This document shows positions 1 through 13,300 of a DNA stretch of 64,000 bases, in pieces. The position numbers and the translations under genes are program-made. Source of the DNA: Azolla caroliniana (Eukaryota; Plantae; Polypodiophyta); assembly GCA_043228905.1 (NCBI GenBank), contig JBHGNT010000002.1, positions 6,758,001 to 6,822,000 on the forward strand. The letters run 5' to 3'. Numbering within the stretch: the first letter of the stretch is position 1; every line of letters starts with the position of its first letter. A model generated the notes under the pieces. It was not told where the DNA came from. It did no database searches and saw only the letters and a program-made list of their open reading frames with translations.

Positions 1-335
1 ACCTCTGCCGTCGGGAGCTTAATGTACGCAATGGTGTGTACCCGACCGGATATAGGATACGCAGTCGGACTGGTGAGCCGGTTCATGAGCAATCCCGGCA
101 AGGAGCACTGGAACGCGGTCAAATGGATACTCTGATACTTGAAGGGCACTTCAAATATGTGTCTCCGATTCGGCTCCGGAAAACCTCAACTTAACGATTT
201 TACTAATTCGGACATGTCAGCTGATGTGGATACCAGCCGGTCTACATCCGGGTATGTAATGACATATGCAGGGGGAGCTGTTTCGTGGCAGTCGAGGCTG
301 CAGAAGACGGTTGCGTTGTCAACCACGGAGGCAGA

Positions 336-809
336 TGTTAAGAGTCTATTACTAATCAATAGACCAAATCAAGTAAAAAGGAAGAAAATAGATTGGATAG
401 AAGAACCCGTTCCACCCGACCACCCCCGAGCTATGATCTAGACATAGCCAACCTACCACCGACGTCCCATACCGCCGGATATTAGGATGACTAATACCTT
501 GGAAGAGATAAACACGGTCGTCGAGACGAAAGCCTAGCCCGCACCACCGGTGTCTACGACAGCAGCCTTCCGACATGATGATCTCTATGAGGGTAGCTAA
601 GCCTCATATTTATACCTTTTCCTAGGCCCCTTGAATAGATGTGCCTTTCTAAAAGGCTCTCTATTCATTGGTTGTCTAAATCATGATAGTGCATGCACAT
701 ATCATTCATTCTATCCAATCATTAGTCCCCTTTTTAATAATAGTGAACATACCCTTCACTAATGTAAATATTAGTGACCTACCCTCACCAACGTTATGTG
801 TACATAACA
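336..809 (-). repeat. 3' LTR of chromovirus
   Basis: TGTTAAGAG...ACATAACA, near-identical to 6975-7448. Purine tract (GTAGGGGAGTA on minus, 810-820) abuts it and contains the ORF stop codon. Confidence 0.95.
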
Positions 810-816
810 TACTCCC

Positions 817-3800
817 CTACTTCAAAAGATTGCACTCTTGCAATATAAAGTGAGGAAATTGTGCCTTAAGCGAATGCTCGCGTTCCCATGTGGCATCATC
901 AATAGGTTTATCCATCCATTTGATCTTGAATAGCCGAATCTCTTTAGAACGTAAACGTTTAGTACGAGAATCAAGAATTCGTTCAGGAACATGAGGTTTG
1001 TAAGAAAAATCCTCTAATGTTACAAGATCTTGGATTGTGATGGTGTTATCACCAGAGCCTAAAAATGGTTTTAGACGACTGACGTGAAAAACAGGATGAA
1101 TACCAACGTTACGAGGTAAGGCAAGGTGATAAGCAGATGACCCAACTCGCTTAAGGATTTCAAATGGGCCACAATATCGTGGGGCTAACTTAGCGCACTT
1201 GCCCGTAGATAATGACGTAGAATCAGTCGGGACACGCAAAAAAACTTTTTGACCAATAGTAAATGCACGAGGACGTCTATCCTGATCAGCATAAAATCGA
1301 GCACGATCTTGAGCTGTCTTGACATTTTCTTTGGCAATATGCAACATTTGGTTCATGTCTTGCAAAAAATTGCGTGTACTGTCTAATGTATCACGATGAA
1401 TCGTGACATCAACTGGGGCACGTGGCTGAAAACCATACATCAACATAAAAGGACTATATCCAGTGGATGTATGTTTAGAGCTATTATAGGCAAATTCTAA
1501 GATAGGAAGGTATTGCTCCCACTTAGAAGGGGTTTTTGCTACATAAGCTCGAAGCATGTCCTCAATAATTTGATTAACTCGTTCAGTTTGTCCATCAGAC
1601 TGAGGATGATATGCGGAACTCATGCTCAACGTAGTTTCTAGTTTCTTAAAGACCTGAGTCCAAAAGTCACTAGTAAACTTGGAATCTCGATCACTAACAA
1701 TATCCATCGGTAATCCATAAAAACGAAATAACTCATCAACAAATTGATAAGCCAACTGTTGAGCGGTTACCGTGGTTTTTGTAGGAATAAATCTAGCTAA
1801 TTTTGTTAGCCTGTCAACGACAACCCATATGGCATCATGACCCCTCTGTGTACGAGGTAAACTAACAATAAAATCCATCGAGATACTTTCCCATTTATTG
1901 TTGGGAATATCTAAGGGATGTAAAAGACCAGCAGCTTTAAGTCGTTCCGATTTATTAATCTGACATTGTAAGCATTGAGTTACGTATTTATGCACGTCAG
2001 AGCGCACCTTAGGCCAGAAAAAAGTACACGAGATGAGAACGAGTGTGCGTTGTATTCCAGGATGACCAGCAAATGGTGCATCATGACATTCATGAAAAAA
2101 TTTCTGTTTAACATTTGGTAAATCTGGAACACAGACCTTTCCACTACGGTAGAGCAAACCGTTTGTAATGTGAAAGGTCGCCTTCGAGGGTAGGGTGCTA
2201 GTATCGGCATCTAAACCAGATTCGGCTTTCGTCCAGTATTTTGAGAAATAACTGTCATCAAGGTATTTCCCTCGAAGGTGATCTAAAAGATCAGATTTTA
2301 TTTCCGTGAAGCTAAGCATGTTAACTTCTTTAATGCGACTAAGAGCATCAGCAACGGTGTTCATAGAACCCTTGCGATATCGTATGGAAAAATCAAAATC
2401 TTGCATAAGGTCAGCCCAACGGCCTTTACGACCAACAAGATCGGGCTGGTCACAAAAATACTTTAATGATTGATGGTCTGTTGTAACCACAAATTTATTT
2501 CCATAGAGATAGTGCCTCCATGTTTTAAGTGCGTGTATCACCGCAAACAACTCTTTCTCTTGAACCGAATACCGAGATTGAGCAGCATCAAGCTTCTTAC
2601 TTTCAAAAGCAATAGGGTGACCACCTTGATAAAGAACGGCACCAATAGCATAATCACTAGCATCGGTTTCAATTGAGAAAGGCTTAGAAGGGTCTGGTAA
2701 TAGAAGAGTGGGAGCCTGACACACATGCTCCTTGAGTGTCTCAAATGATTTGTCAAGTTGTTCATTCCATGAAATTGGTTTGACAGACTTACGTGGATGA
2801 CCTTTTAAAAGGTCAGTTAATGGCGTAGTCAATTTGGAATAGTTACGAATTGATTTTCGTAAAAATCCAACAAACCCTAAGAATGATCTAAGTTCACGAA
2901 TATTACGAGGAATGGGCCAAAGTTTAACCTTTTCAATACGAGAAGGTTCAATTTCAACGCCATTTTCTGTAATTAAATGACCTAGGTACACAATAGATTT
3001 TTGGAAGAAGTCACATTTTGAATGTTTTGCATAGAAAGAGTTGTCACGCAACTTTCGCAAAACAAATCGAACATGTTGAACATGATCTTGCAAGGTACGG
3101 CTATATATCAAAATATCATCCAAGAAGACGACAACAAAATCACCGAGTTGATCTCGGAAAACATCATTCATCGCTTGTTGGAATGTGGCTGGAGCATTAG
3201 TCAACCCAAATGGCATGACTAAAAACTCATAATGGCCATAGCGCGTACGAAAAGCGGTTTTAGGAATATCATCCTCGGCGATGCGAATCTGATGATAACC
3301 AGTTCGTAAGTCAATTTTCGTAAAATATCGAGCCCCGTGCAAACGATCAATCAAATCATCGGCACGAGGTAATGGATATGCATTCTTAATTGTCATTTTA
3401 TTCAAACGGCGATAATTGATACACATTCGCCACGAACCTTCCTTCTTCTTGACTAATAGAACTGGCGCACCCCAAGGTGATTTACTATACCTAATGTGGC
3501 CCATACTCAAGTATTCCTTAAGTTGTTTAGCGATCTCATCCTCTTCTAATCGACTAAGTCGGTAAGGTGGAATGCTCACAGGAGCAGCCCTAGGGATGAG
3601 TTCAATTTGATGGTCCACATTACGTTTAGGTGGTAAAGTAAGCGGTAATTCAGTAGGAAACACATCTTGAAAATCCTCTAAAATAGAGTCGAGTAATCGT
3701 TGCTCAAAATGTGGTAATTGTGTGGCGTCAATATTAAAATAATAAAATTGAACCGCAGGATCAATTACACACGAATAAATTAATGAACTAGAATACTCAC

Positions 3801-5220
3801 TTAAAGATTTAGAAGACACAAGTGAATGAGAAGGAAGTTTGGAACATTGAATAAAATGTTTACAATTATTAAGTTCAAATGTGATTGAGTGATTAACCCA
3901 ATCAATGGACAAAGAAGGGTTTTTATTAAAAAACCAAGGATATCCTAAAATGACATCTGCGGATTGTAATTTCATAACATGAAAGTCAAGCTTCTCCAAA
4001 TAAGTATCTATTTGAATTGGCAGTTGACAAACAATGCCACTGATGTATTGAACGTTTCCATTTGCCATGTGAACTTGATAGATATGATCACTTGCGTTTA
4101 TGTGGAGCTCCATTTGCTGCACAAAGTGATCATTAAGAAAATTGTGAGAACTACCGGAATCAAACAAGAAATGTGCTTGTGTTCCATTGATATATCCGAC
4201 TGCTCGGAGTAAATCATTAGGTCCAAGTAAATGTGAAGGAAAAGTGCATTCACATAAACTTAAGTGATTGGTATGAACTTCAACAATATCAAAAGACTCA
4301 CCTGTGTGACTCGTAGTTTTGTCTTGAGGAGGGGTGTTCATTGACTTCCTCTCAAGACGATGACAGGTATCCTTTGTGTGGCCCCGCTTCTTGCAATATG
4401 CACAGAAGAGGTTCGGTTTCTTTGAGTCGCGGTCAAGAGTGTCACTGGATTGCTTACGTTTCCCAATGAACTTGACATTCGGAGTTTTGGCGAACTCAGG
4501 TTTATTGTGGTCTTTCTTGGAAGTCCTATGGTATCGCAGCACAATGTTGACGGCTTCCTCGAAAGTTGTGGGGTCCTTGTCATGGACAATCCAATGATAA
4601 TCCCCATTGGGAATACCATTCAAAAAACAAGCGACAAACCATTTCTCACCCGTAAGTCCCGATTTTTGGATCTGGGTCCGAGCGTGATGCACATAATCCT
4701 CGAGAGAGGTAAATGGCTTACTAGACAATGTGAGCAAGTGTTGCGCTTGTTCGGTTTGAGAAGGTGGCTGCAAGAATTGTTTCTTAAAAACATCAACGAA
4801 ACCTTCCCAAGTTGTGGGTAAGTTTTTTGCGGTCCTTAGGCCACGCCACCAAGCAGCAGCTCGGCCACCTAACTCACGACCGACATAACCAATTTTTACT
4901 GCATCGGGCTTGGGATGAAGCTCAAAGTGAGACTCCCAACGACCAAGCCAAGTGATAATGGCCTCCTCGGTTCTTTCTTTCTTATCTCCCTTGAAAGGCG
5001 TGACTACGAAGGAAGGTTCACCTTCTTTCTTGGACTCAATAGTTAATTCTTGGAATTTCTTTTCCAATGCCATATTGGCCTGTCTCATTTCGGCCAATTG
5101 ATTCAAGGTAGTAGTGAGCAATTGCTCAATAGTGATCTCAGCTTGTGTGCGAGATGCGGATTGGGGTTGAGAGGTCTCATTTGGAGAGATCGTTCCAACT
5201 GCGTTCAAAACTTGTTCCAT
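817..5220 (-). CDS. gag-pol: Gag-Pol polyprotein (gag, CCHC knuckle, protease, RT, RNase H, integrase, chromodomain), 1467 aa
   Basis: Motifs: [14 protein letters not shown]; FLFDSGSS; [26 protein letters not shown]; RNase [14 protein letters not shown]; integrase HHCC + SMDF/SDRD/ERVN + GPF; chromodomain [22 protein letters not shown]. Confidence 0.96.
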   Translation of the reverse strand: MEQVLNAVGTISPNETSQPQSASRTQAEITIEQLLTTTLNQLAEMRQANMALEKKFQELTIESKKEGEPSFVVTPFKGDKKERTEEAIITWLGRWESHFELHPKPDAVKIGYVGRELGGRAAAWWRGLRTAKNLPTTWEGFVDVFKKQFLQPPSQTEQAQHLLTLSSKPFTSLEDYVHHARTQIQKSGLTGEKWFVACFLNGIPNGDYHWIVHDKDPTTFEEAVNIVLRYHRTSKKDHNKPEFAKTPNVKFIGKRKQSSDTLDRDSKKPNLFCAYCKKRGHTKDTCHRLERKSMNTPPQDKTTSHTGESFDIVEVHTNHLSLCECTFPSHLLGPNDLLRAVGYINGTQAHFLFDSGSSHNFLNDHFVQQMELHINASDHIYQVHMANGNVQYISGIVCQLPIQIDTYLEKLDFHVMKLQSADVILGYPWFFNKNPSLSIDWVNHSITFELNNCKHFIQCSKLPSHSLVSSKSLSEYSSSLIYSCVIDPAVQFYYFNIDATQLPHFEQRLLDSILEDFQDVFPTELPLTLPPKRNVDHQIELIPRAAPVSIPPYRLSRLEEDEIAKQLKEYLSMGHIRYSKSPWGAPVLLVKKKEGSWRMCINYRRLNKMTIKNAYPLPRADDLIDRLHGARYFTKIDLRTGYHQIRIAEDDIPKTAFRTRYGHYEFLVMPFGLTNAPATFQQAMNDVFRDQLGDFVVVFLDDILIYSRTLQDHVQHVRFVLRKLRDNSFYAKHSKCDFFQKSIVYLGHLITENGVEIEPSRIEKVKLWPIPRNIRELRSFLGFVGFLRKSIRNYSKLTTPLTDLLKGHPRKSVKPISWNEQLDKSFETLKEHVCQAPTLLLPDPSKPFSIETDASDYAIGAVLYQGGHPIAFESKKLDAAQSRYSVQEKELFAVIHALKTWRHYLYGNKFVVTTDHQSLKYFCDQPDLVGRKGRWADLMQDFDFSIRYRKGSMNTVADALSRIKEVNMLSFTEIKSDLLDHLRGKYLDDSYFSKYWTKAESGLDADTSTLPSKATFHITNGLLYRSGKVCVPDLPNVKQKFFHECHDAPFAGHPGIQRTLVLISCTFFWPKVRSDVHKYVTQCLQCQINKSERLKAAGLLHPLDIPNNKWESISMDFIVSLPRTQRGHDAIWVVVDRLTKLARFIPTKTTVTAQQLAYQFVDELFRFYGLPMDIVSDRDSKFTSDFWTQVFKKLETTLSMSSAYHPQSDGQTERVNQIIEDMLRAYVAKTPSKWEQYLPILEFAYNSSKHTSTGYSPFMLMYGFQPRAPVDVTIHRDTLDSTRNFLQDMNQMLHIAKENVKTAQDRARFYADQDRRPRAFTIGQKVFLRVPTDSTSLSTGKCAKLAPRYCGPFEILKRVGSSAYHLALPRNVGIHPVFHVSRLKPFLGSGDNTITIQDLVTLEDFSYKPHVPERILDSRTKRLRSKEIRLFKIKWMDKPIDDATWEREHSLKAQFPHFILQECNLLK

Positions 5221-6209
5221 GATGCACGCTGTGGGTATGCAATAAAATAAGGAGGTTCAGAAAATACACAAGCAAAATGAATGCTTGAAATTTTGATTGA
5301 AAGAACTTTATCCAAGAAAGTATCTCATGTCTTTACCCCTCTAGACATATGAGATGTGATTCGAGATCCGATAACTATGGTAACACTATGGTGTTTTAAA
5401 AACCATGGGGGAAAACATAGCTAAGATGTATTTCTCGGATCTCTATCTTGAGTAATCATGGCGGCTCCCCTAGGCTCAACCATGGTTCTTACATCAATGA
5501 AATTTCCTAGATAGCCTTATATTAATGCCAACCCATCATGTATTATATGGTCGAGAAAGTGTATTACGTGAAAAAACAAGTGCACTCACAAGTAATATTC
5601 TAGTCTTGCGAGCAATAAGCAAACGTGATGATAAAATGATAAAATAAGGCACTACTCATAAGAGTTAAGTAGTGACGAAAAAAGGGTAAAAAAAAGAACC
5701 CATGTGTTACCTACGAAAAAAACAATGTCACAAATAAATGGGAAGTGCAAGGTATGCACATATACATCCCAATATGATTGTTATAACTTGCACAATTGTG
5801 ACATAAGCCACAAATTGATACAAGTGATGACGGTGTTGTGCGCAAAGATGTAATACTCAAATCCATGAGTAAAACATCAATAAGGGAACTCATATGGTTT
5901 TACTCGTTTTCTAAGGCTTGATGATAAGAGTTAAACCTAGATGACCCGTTGAAAAAAAAAATCGTTCAACAAGCCACTCCATACGAAAAAATAGTCTACA
6001 CGTAAAGGTTACATTAAAAATAAACGATGTAAATACTTTATACATGAAAAGGAAGTGGAAAAAGGAGAGTTAATTGTGGGCGGGTAAATAATAATTACTA
6101 GAAAATCATATAAGTGAAACAATACTTATGAAATTAAAATTTAATTAGAATAATCAACAATTAGGTGTATGGAATCAAACATGCCCTAAGATACGAAACC
6201 CTAGGGTAG

Positions 6210-6540
6210 TTGACATGCACCTCCTCAAGACCACCACATATCCCTAGAATCGGCCAAGTAATGGCTAATTAAAGAGGAAAGTGGCATAGGTAAGTGACAT
6301 ATACCTCATCAAGGCCACATCATCCCTTAGAATCGGCCAATTGATGGCTAATTAAAAAGGAAAGTGGCATATGTAAGCTACATATACCTTGTCAAGGCCA
6401 CATCATCCCATAGAATCGGCCAATTGATGGCTTAATAGAGAGTAGAGTGGCATAGGTAGGCAACATACACCTCGTCAAGGCCACATCATCCCTTAGAATC
6501 GGCCAAGTGATGGCTCAATAGAGGGGAAGAGTGGTATACT
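6210..6540. repeat. 83-bp tandem repeat, about 4 copies, in the chromovirus 5' leader
   Basis: TAGAATCGGCCAA recurs at 6245, 6328, 6411 and 6494 (period 83), with conserved AAGGCCACATCATCCC and GTGGCATA blocks. Confidence 0.9.
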
Positions 6541-6960
6541 CAACATCATATGCAAAACGGCCATGAGATAAGCGTGTGCGATTAGAGCAAACACGCTCGA
6601 CCCAATGCACAAGAATAATTATTATCGTAAGAGTTCAAGAGAGGAGAGAGTGGGATATATATCGCAATATGCAAAAGGCCATGAGTTGAGCGTGTGCAAT
6701 TAGTGCAAACACGCTCGGCCCGATGCATAATAATAAGTAAAATCGTAGCGTAGTAGGAGGTAGAAAGAAAGAGAATAAAACGTAATACCAATTTGATTCG
6801 ACCATAAAGAACGCATAATAGAAAAAGAGAAGAGATCAAAAAAGAAGAATACCGGGTTTAGAGTGTTGTTTTGATCCTGAGAAGAGCATGACGAGCCTTG
6901 TTAGATCCCCCTCGCTCACACGCAAAAAACATCAAACAACAAAAAAAAATTGTTAGTAAA

Positions 6961-6973
6961 AGCTCTGATACCA
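6961..6973 (-). promoter_or_regulatory. Primer-binding site (tRNA-iMet) of chromovirus
   Basis: TGGTATCAGAGCT on minus, 1 nt inside the 5' LTR. Confidence 0.93.
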
Positions 6974-6974
6974 C

Positions 6975-7448
6975 TGTTAAGAGTCTATTACTAATCAATA
7001 GACCAAATCAAGTAAAAAGGAAGAAAATAGATTGGATAGAAGAACCCGTTCCACCCGACCACCCCCGAGCTATGATCTAGACATAGCCAACCTACCACCG
7101 ACGTCCCATACCGCCGGATATTAGGATGACTAATACCTTGGAAGAGATAAACACGATCGTCGAGACGAAAGCCTAGCCCGCACCACCGGTGTCTACGACA
7201 GCAGCCTTCCGACGTGATGATCTCTATGAGGGTAGCTAAGCCTCATATTTATACCTTTTCCTAGGCCCCTTGAATAGATGTGCCTTTCTAAAAGGCTCTC
7301 TATTCATTGGTTGTCTAAATCATGATAGTGCATGCACATATCATTCATTCTATCCAATCATTAGTCCCCTTTTTAATAATAGTGAACATACCCTTCACTA
7401 ATGTAAATATTAGTGACCTACCCTCACCAACGTTATGTGTACATAACA
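6975..7448 (-). repeat. 5' LTR of chromovirus
   Basis: Direct repeat of 336-809, flanked by the PBS and TSD. Confidence 0.95.
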
Positions 7449-7794
7449 GCAGAGTACATGGCGGCTGTGGAAGCCGGCAAGGAAATATTATGGATGAAGG
7501 ACTTCATCGGAGAGCTCGGTATCTGGCAAGATGAATACCGGCTCTATTGCGGCAGTCAAAGTGCCATCCACCTTGCTAAGAATGCGGCCTACCATTCCCG
7601 GATGAAGCATATCCAACGAAGGTATCACTGGATCCGGGAAAGAGTAGATGACCAGGAGTTCGCGCTGACGAAGATCCACACGGCCGAGAACGGGTCAGAT
7701 ATGCTGACCAAAGTGTTGATACCCGACAAGCTGGATGCATGCCGGAAGCAGATCGAACTAGTAAGACACCCCATGCCGGAGTGAAGGGGGAGTT

Positions 7795-8694
7795 TGTTGG
7801 GAGACAGGTCCTTCCGGATGGGAAAGGAGAAGAACAGTGCCCGAAACCGGATGACGAGTACCCGGCTACGGAGAGCCGGATGGTGCAGACCCAGTGAGAA
7901 CCGGATGACGAGTACCCGGCTACGGAGAGCCGGATGGTGCAAACCCGGTGAGAACCGGATGAGGAGTACCCGGCTACGGAGAGCCGGATGGGGCAGGCCT
8001 GGTGAGAACCGGATGAGGAGTACCCGGCTACGGAGAGCCGGATGGTGCAGACCCGGTGAGAACCGGATGAGGAGTACCCGGCTACGGAGAGCCGGATGGG
8101 GCAGGCCTGGTGAGAACCGGATGAGGAGTACCCGGCTACGGAGAGCCGGATGGTGCAGACCCGGTGAGAACCGGATGAGGAGTACCCGGCTACGGAGAGT
8201 CGGATGGTGCAGACCCGATGAGGAGTGCTCACCGGATGAAGAGACATATTCATAAATATGTTTCTGAGAGTCCATCATGGCTATATTTGTAAATAGCCGA
8301 AAATTCATATTAGTATAAATATGACTTAGGGCAAACTTTTAGTGTGCGTTGTCATTTTTCTTGTTGGTGTAAGAAGAGAGTGTGTGTAACAGTGTACAGA
8401 GAGTGAGAGAGAGAGGAAGAGGTTGTTGCCTCTGCTGTAACCGCCGCCTGTGGCGAAGATCGTGAGCACGAGGTCGTTGCCTCCGTGAACTCACTGTTGT
8501 ACATTCTAACATAGTGATAGTTTGCAGCCTGTGGGCTGCCGTGGTTTTTCCCTTGGTTTGGGTTTTCCACGTAAACATCCTGTGTACTCTTCTCTTTTCT
8601 GTGTCATGCATTTATCTCTCGTTTCTTTTCTATGTATGATTCTAAGCTCGGTTGTGGCCGAGCGTTGTGTATACGGAGCGTGCAGTTCCCGTCA
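7795..8694 (+). repeat. 3' LTR of copia element, with about 7 copies of a 54-bp tandem repeat (about 7846-8235)
   Basis: TGTTGGGAGA...CCCGTCA, preceded by a PPT and homologous to the LTR at 59802-60481. Unit GAGAACCGGATGAGGAGTACCCGGCTACGGAGAGCCGGATGGTGCAGACCCGGT. Confidence 0.92.
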
Positions 8695-10369
8695 TTGAAG
8701 TCAGCATTTCGACTACGTGTAGTGATCCCTCCAAATTGAACATTGTAAGCAAGCACAGATTGTTGTACTTTCCGTCATGGCCGATCTTGAGATTTCCTCT
8801 TGTGATGTGCCATGACGACTCGCTCGACATCGTCCTATACCCATCTTTGGCCAGCATGTCGATGGAGACCAGACTCCTTTTCAACTCGGGTACGTGCCAG
8901 GGTGATTGTATTGTCATTCAGCAATCGAATTAGGACCTCCCCAATTCCATTGATTCTGCATTCATGCCCGTTGTCGAGTCAGACTGTGCCTCTAGCTCAA
9001 GCCAAATAGCTCGAAAACCATTCACTTTAAGGGTTCACATGGAACATGTCTCGCGATTCGAACAACCACGTCCGCGCATCTTGTGCGTTGTACAGGATCT
9101 CTTCGGTAGATGTGCTTTCCAAGGAGAGGACTTCTCCGAATCGGGATTTGACAACATTAACTTGATTGCCAATTTGGGAATAGGCCGATTCGGAAGATCG
9201 TAGATTCCGATCGGCTTTTCGTCCATTTCCTCTTTTTATTGACCAGCAATCATCAATGTTGTGGCCGGCCTTTCTGCAATGTGTGTAAAAGGCATTCGGC
9301 TTGCCTGATTGCGACTTGGACCGTTGTCTATCAATTTTCCTCTTCAGTCAGCTTTGGCTACGATCGGCTCTCTGAGCCAATTTTCCCAAGAGAGGGTTTT
9401 TGCATTTTCGTCAATGGAGAGCCCCATTGATCATTGTTGGATATCTTCCGACAAGATTGTTCCAATAGCTTCACCTAGAGTAAGTTTTGGCAAGCTATTT
9501 GTGAGTGTCATGCAGAATACCTCCCAAATTGTCGGCAAGCTCGAGAGGAGCGCAAGGGCTTTTATTTCTTTTTCAAAATTTAATCCTTGAGTTTGGCTAA
9601 CACCCAACTAAAAGTGTTAATATGGGAGGTTGTCGACTCTGATTCCTTCATCTTTATATTGAACAGTTGTCGGATCAATATGAATATTGATGAAGACAAT
9701 TTCTTTTCGTAGATGGCCTGCAATCTCTCCCACATGGCAAATGCCAACATCTCTTTCGCATACTAAAGTAGACGTTTTTTGTCAAATGCATTTGAATGGT
9801 CGATCTGGCTATTTCGTCCAGAGATCGTCATTCTTTTGTTGTCATTGAAGACGACTTGCTGTTATTTCGTATTGCTTCAACTTGTCGTCGGATGATTAAC
9901 GCATCGTGCATCATCTCCTTCCACTGGGCAAAGTTTTTGCCATTGAATTTCCTTAATTCCATGCATGTGTGGGATGTAGATGCCATCTTCTATAGGAAGT
10001 GAGATTTCAGGCCTGGTCCTTTCTTTCAGCCGATTCTTTCTTCTTTGGTTAATGTTGTTGCTATTGCTGAACAACAATTGCTCTGATACTAGTTGTAGAA
10101 AAAGACAATGTTGTCGTCTTAGCCGAATGTGGCAGGAAAGTATAGATGAGTCAAACAAACAACAAGGTGACAAGAAGAGAAGATTTGTGCATTGTTCTAT
10201 AAGACCTTATCCTAATGGTTCATACACTGTGTTTGATATGTGAGATTATAAAAATTCGAGCCTCACAAATGTTACTTGCCATAACATTTGAATTGTTTTC
10301 TACACTGTGAAGCAATTGCTTCACGACAATGTTGGTCGTTTACCCCTATGTGGCATTAGAACCTCAACA
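8695..10369 (-). mobile_element. Degenerate 5' part of an older Ty1/copia (gag-protease, PBS, probable 5' LTR); host of the 1-8694 element
   Basis: ATG at 9986 gives MASTSHTCMELRKFNGKNFAQWKEMMHDALIIRRQ (copia gag N-terminus). HVPELKRSLVSIDMLAKDGY near 8850. Mutated PBS TAGTATCAGAGC at 10080-10091. LTR starts at 10094; its right boundary is uncertain. Confidence 0.75.
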
Positions 10370-13300
10370 ATGTCATTTTCATTATTTGGATCTTCATGAG
10401 TATCCCATTTAGAGGCATGTGCTAATATGTACATTAGGTTAGGTACAATGTACATTGACATGTATATGGCAGTGACACAAATTGAATATTTTTTACATGA
10501 TTTATTTCAAAGATTGATAAAGATAGAAACTAAAGAGATTGTATCATTGATTTTTCATGTTTCTCAAAATCAATCACTTTGTGTTATCTGGTGCCATAGA
10601 TTTAGGGCTTCAATTTTGCATGGCTAATACTTAATGGGTCAACCTCACCTATTGCGTCATGCCCTAACCATGCACCATAACAATACCCTTTACTAATTCG
10701 TGTTTTACTAAGGGTAGTGGAATCATAACCACGAAGCCCTACATTGGTGGCATCGTGGAGAATGACTCCCTTTGCCAAGTCAAGTTAGAACCATATACCT
10801 GAACTAGTTTGACAAAGATTTAATGCTTTGGGATCATCAACTCTAAATGCTCAACGGTAATGGATCTTTATTCAATATTTGGATTGTGTGCAACAACTTG
10901 ATCAACCTATTGTTGTATGTGATATATCACTTATTGGTAATGTAAATTTGGCTTAGTTTTCTCTTTAAGGACCATTTTGAGAACTATGTTCAAAAGAACA
11001 CATCACTCTTATTATTCCAATCCAGATTTATTGTCATATTCATTTTATATCCTACAACAAGAACACTTGAAGAGAAAATCATATTGTCATAAAAATCATG
11101 GCATTGATTCGAACTTAGAATATGAAGCCATTTATTCATTGTAAATCTTTTTGAAATTCAATAGCCTTCAAGTTTCAAATATTTGATGTTTCTACTCTAT
11201 TTGATTTTGGAATGGATATTTCAAATATTCAAGACTTCAATAATTAGCCAAAAAGAATGTTGGGAGTACAAAAGGTTTTTAAAGTTTGCAGTATCAAATC
11301 CTTTAATCGCCTCTATCCATATACTATGAGATTTTTTTCTAATTGAAGCTGTAAGAACCCAAGAAGTTTATAAGATTATTTGGAAACTTTTTACTAAATG
11401 AACACATCACACTCTTTGAAATTAATTATGATAAAAAGCAACATAGATTTCATTTACCAACATTTATTTTGTTTATAATGGATTGATGATCAACACTCAT
11501 TCTTTTACTATTATTGTTAAACTTTGTATCAGCGTTGGATTCTATGTCTAATATATTGGCAAGGTATTTCATTTTTATGCACATTAACATTGAACTGAGA
11601 TATGATGATTTGCATAACAATGATGACACTAAAGTATACATCGATTTCTAAGAATGTGTTGATCCATGGATAAAGTAAATGTATATGCCCTTGATACATT
11701 CAATTTTGAAAATTCGTTTTGATCTTTATGTGACCTATGATAAACTATAAGCTATTGATGGCATCGGCAATTTATAACATTTTGTTTAATGTGCATCTTT
11801 AACTTAAAGTGTTCCCATTGGAAACTTATGTTACATATAACATAGGGTAACGAGATTATGATATCCCTAGTAATATGAACCTTTCAACCTCTATATAATA
11901 GATGTATATATAGATTTCAATTAGTGTGCTCATTCAAGGAAGTAAATAATGCCCACCTAAGGATAAGTTTTTAATGTTCATTTCTGAGATTTATCCACTT
12001 CCCTCATTCATGATTTTTTCCTCCCTCTACATTCTATTATCTAATCATTCATTTATTGGACATTGTGACACTCATGTTGTTTATGATCATATCCCATTAT
12101 TATTTTCTTGGGTTCACCATACACTCATAATTAAACTTTGCATAAAAATTGTCTTGTAGTTTGCATTTCCAAGTTTTGTGTATAATAAGGAATGTCATTT
12201 TTGTTTCGGCAAGTGATTGTTGGCATCATATCTCATGCTCTATCATTTACTTAGCTTTTAACGTATTGGGGTCAAATCAACCCAACGTAATACTTATGGT
12301 TCAACTTCTTGAATCATTCCTTTTTTCCTGTTTATAGTGATTGTGTTCATGGTGAAACATTGACCCCAAAAACGACCTATATGCTTTTTCAAATTGAAAG
12401 AAAATAAGTTGCTCTATTGGCTATGGTTCTAATGGAATCATCTTAAAAGCTAAAGTTTGAACACTTGAGGAATGAAATTGCTCTCTCCCTTTTTCTTTAC
12501 ACTCATGAAAACATCTAAGAAAATACTAGTGCTCTTACGAATGAAACAATAAGTCATTAGAATGGTGTGAGACCAACTTTGCACCGCATGAAAATGATAG
12601 AGGACCAAGTGGCTCCATGTGGCCAATAGAAGTGATTTGAGGCCTAATAAAAGATGCATGTGGTTGATAAGAAGCAAACAATTACCATAGATGAATAAAG
12701 ATCTAGATTTCTAATTTCTCAGTACGTTGTGCCCTTGTGTGTAAATTTGGTTTTATACAATATTTTTGGGGTTTGAACTTGTCCATTGTCCACAAGTACA
12801 ACCCCTTGCTAGTAAGATCTAAAAGCTCTTTTGACTATTTATTACAGAACCTTGAATCCTTTTCCATCATTTTTATGGAATTATTGGGCTCTATGGAACA
12901 AGTGAACAATTCAAAATCAAATAAAATTTGGGCAAGAAACTTCATGTCTATATCAAAATTTTAACTTCTCCATCTGATGGTACCTTTTTGTGTGGTATAT
13001 ATCTCACAAGACATTGGCAGCTATATTTATGCCTTCTTTTAAAGCATTTCTAAGACAAAAGGGAATCCTTCTTCGACTAAAGGGAAACACAATAATCTTG
13101 TCATTCATAATACAAACTCCATCTTTATGTATGCCATTATTCATCATATCTTCATTCCACGGTCTATTAAATATATAACATCGTACATAAGCTTAGGTAA
13201 TTTAACACGGGCAAGGATAATCCTAAAGAAGAAGCGTAAAGAAACATGGAAGGACCTTACTTGAAACATTTGTAGAAAAAAAGCTAGATTGCGCCAATTA

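Larger units (their letters stand above)
336..7448 (-). mobile_element. Full-length, apparently intact Ty3/gypsy chromovirus (Reina/Tekay-like)
   Basis: 474-bp TG..CA LTRs at 336-809 and 6975-7448, about 2 substitutions by eye. 5-bp TSD GCAGA at 331-335 and 7449-7453. iMet PBS and PPT present; uninterrupted gag-pol with C-terminal chromodomain. Confidence 0.96.
1..8694 (+). mobile_element. 3' part of a Ty1/copia (Tnt1/Tork-like) element, interrupted by a chromovirus; 5' part lies outside the window
   Basis: 1-335 encodes RT end/RNase H start (SAVGSLMYAMVCTRPDIGYAVG...WIL*YLKG...WQSRLQKTVALSTTEA). It resumes after the insertion with EYMAAVEAGKE...KHIQRRYHWIRE...HPMPE*, ending at 7784. PPT AGGGGGAG at 7785-7792; 3' LTR 7795-8694. 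Contains a premature stop. Confidence 0.93.

Noticed and set aside
1-108. Window start resembles window end (about 63893-64000), suggesting circularity
   Set aside because: The two differ at several positions and are separate copies of one copia family.
6210-8235. Possible hammerhead ribozyme/retrozyme in the 83-bp or 54-bp repeats (TTGANGAG, GGATGAGG motifs)
   Set aside because: There is no exact CUGANGA core and no correctly placed GAAA after a stem II on either strand.
7576-8308. Repetitive ORFs (225, 227 and 153 aa) and CRISPR-like appearance of the 54-bp array
   Set aside because: The units are head-to-tail with no unique spacers and lie within an LTR. The ORFs arise because the 54-bp unit is a multiple of 3 and stop-free.
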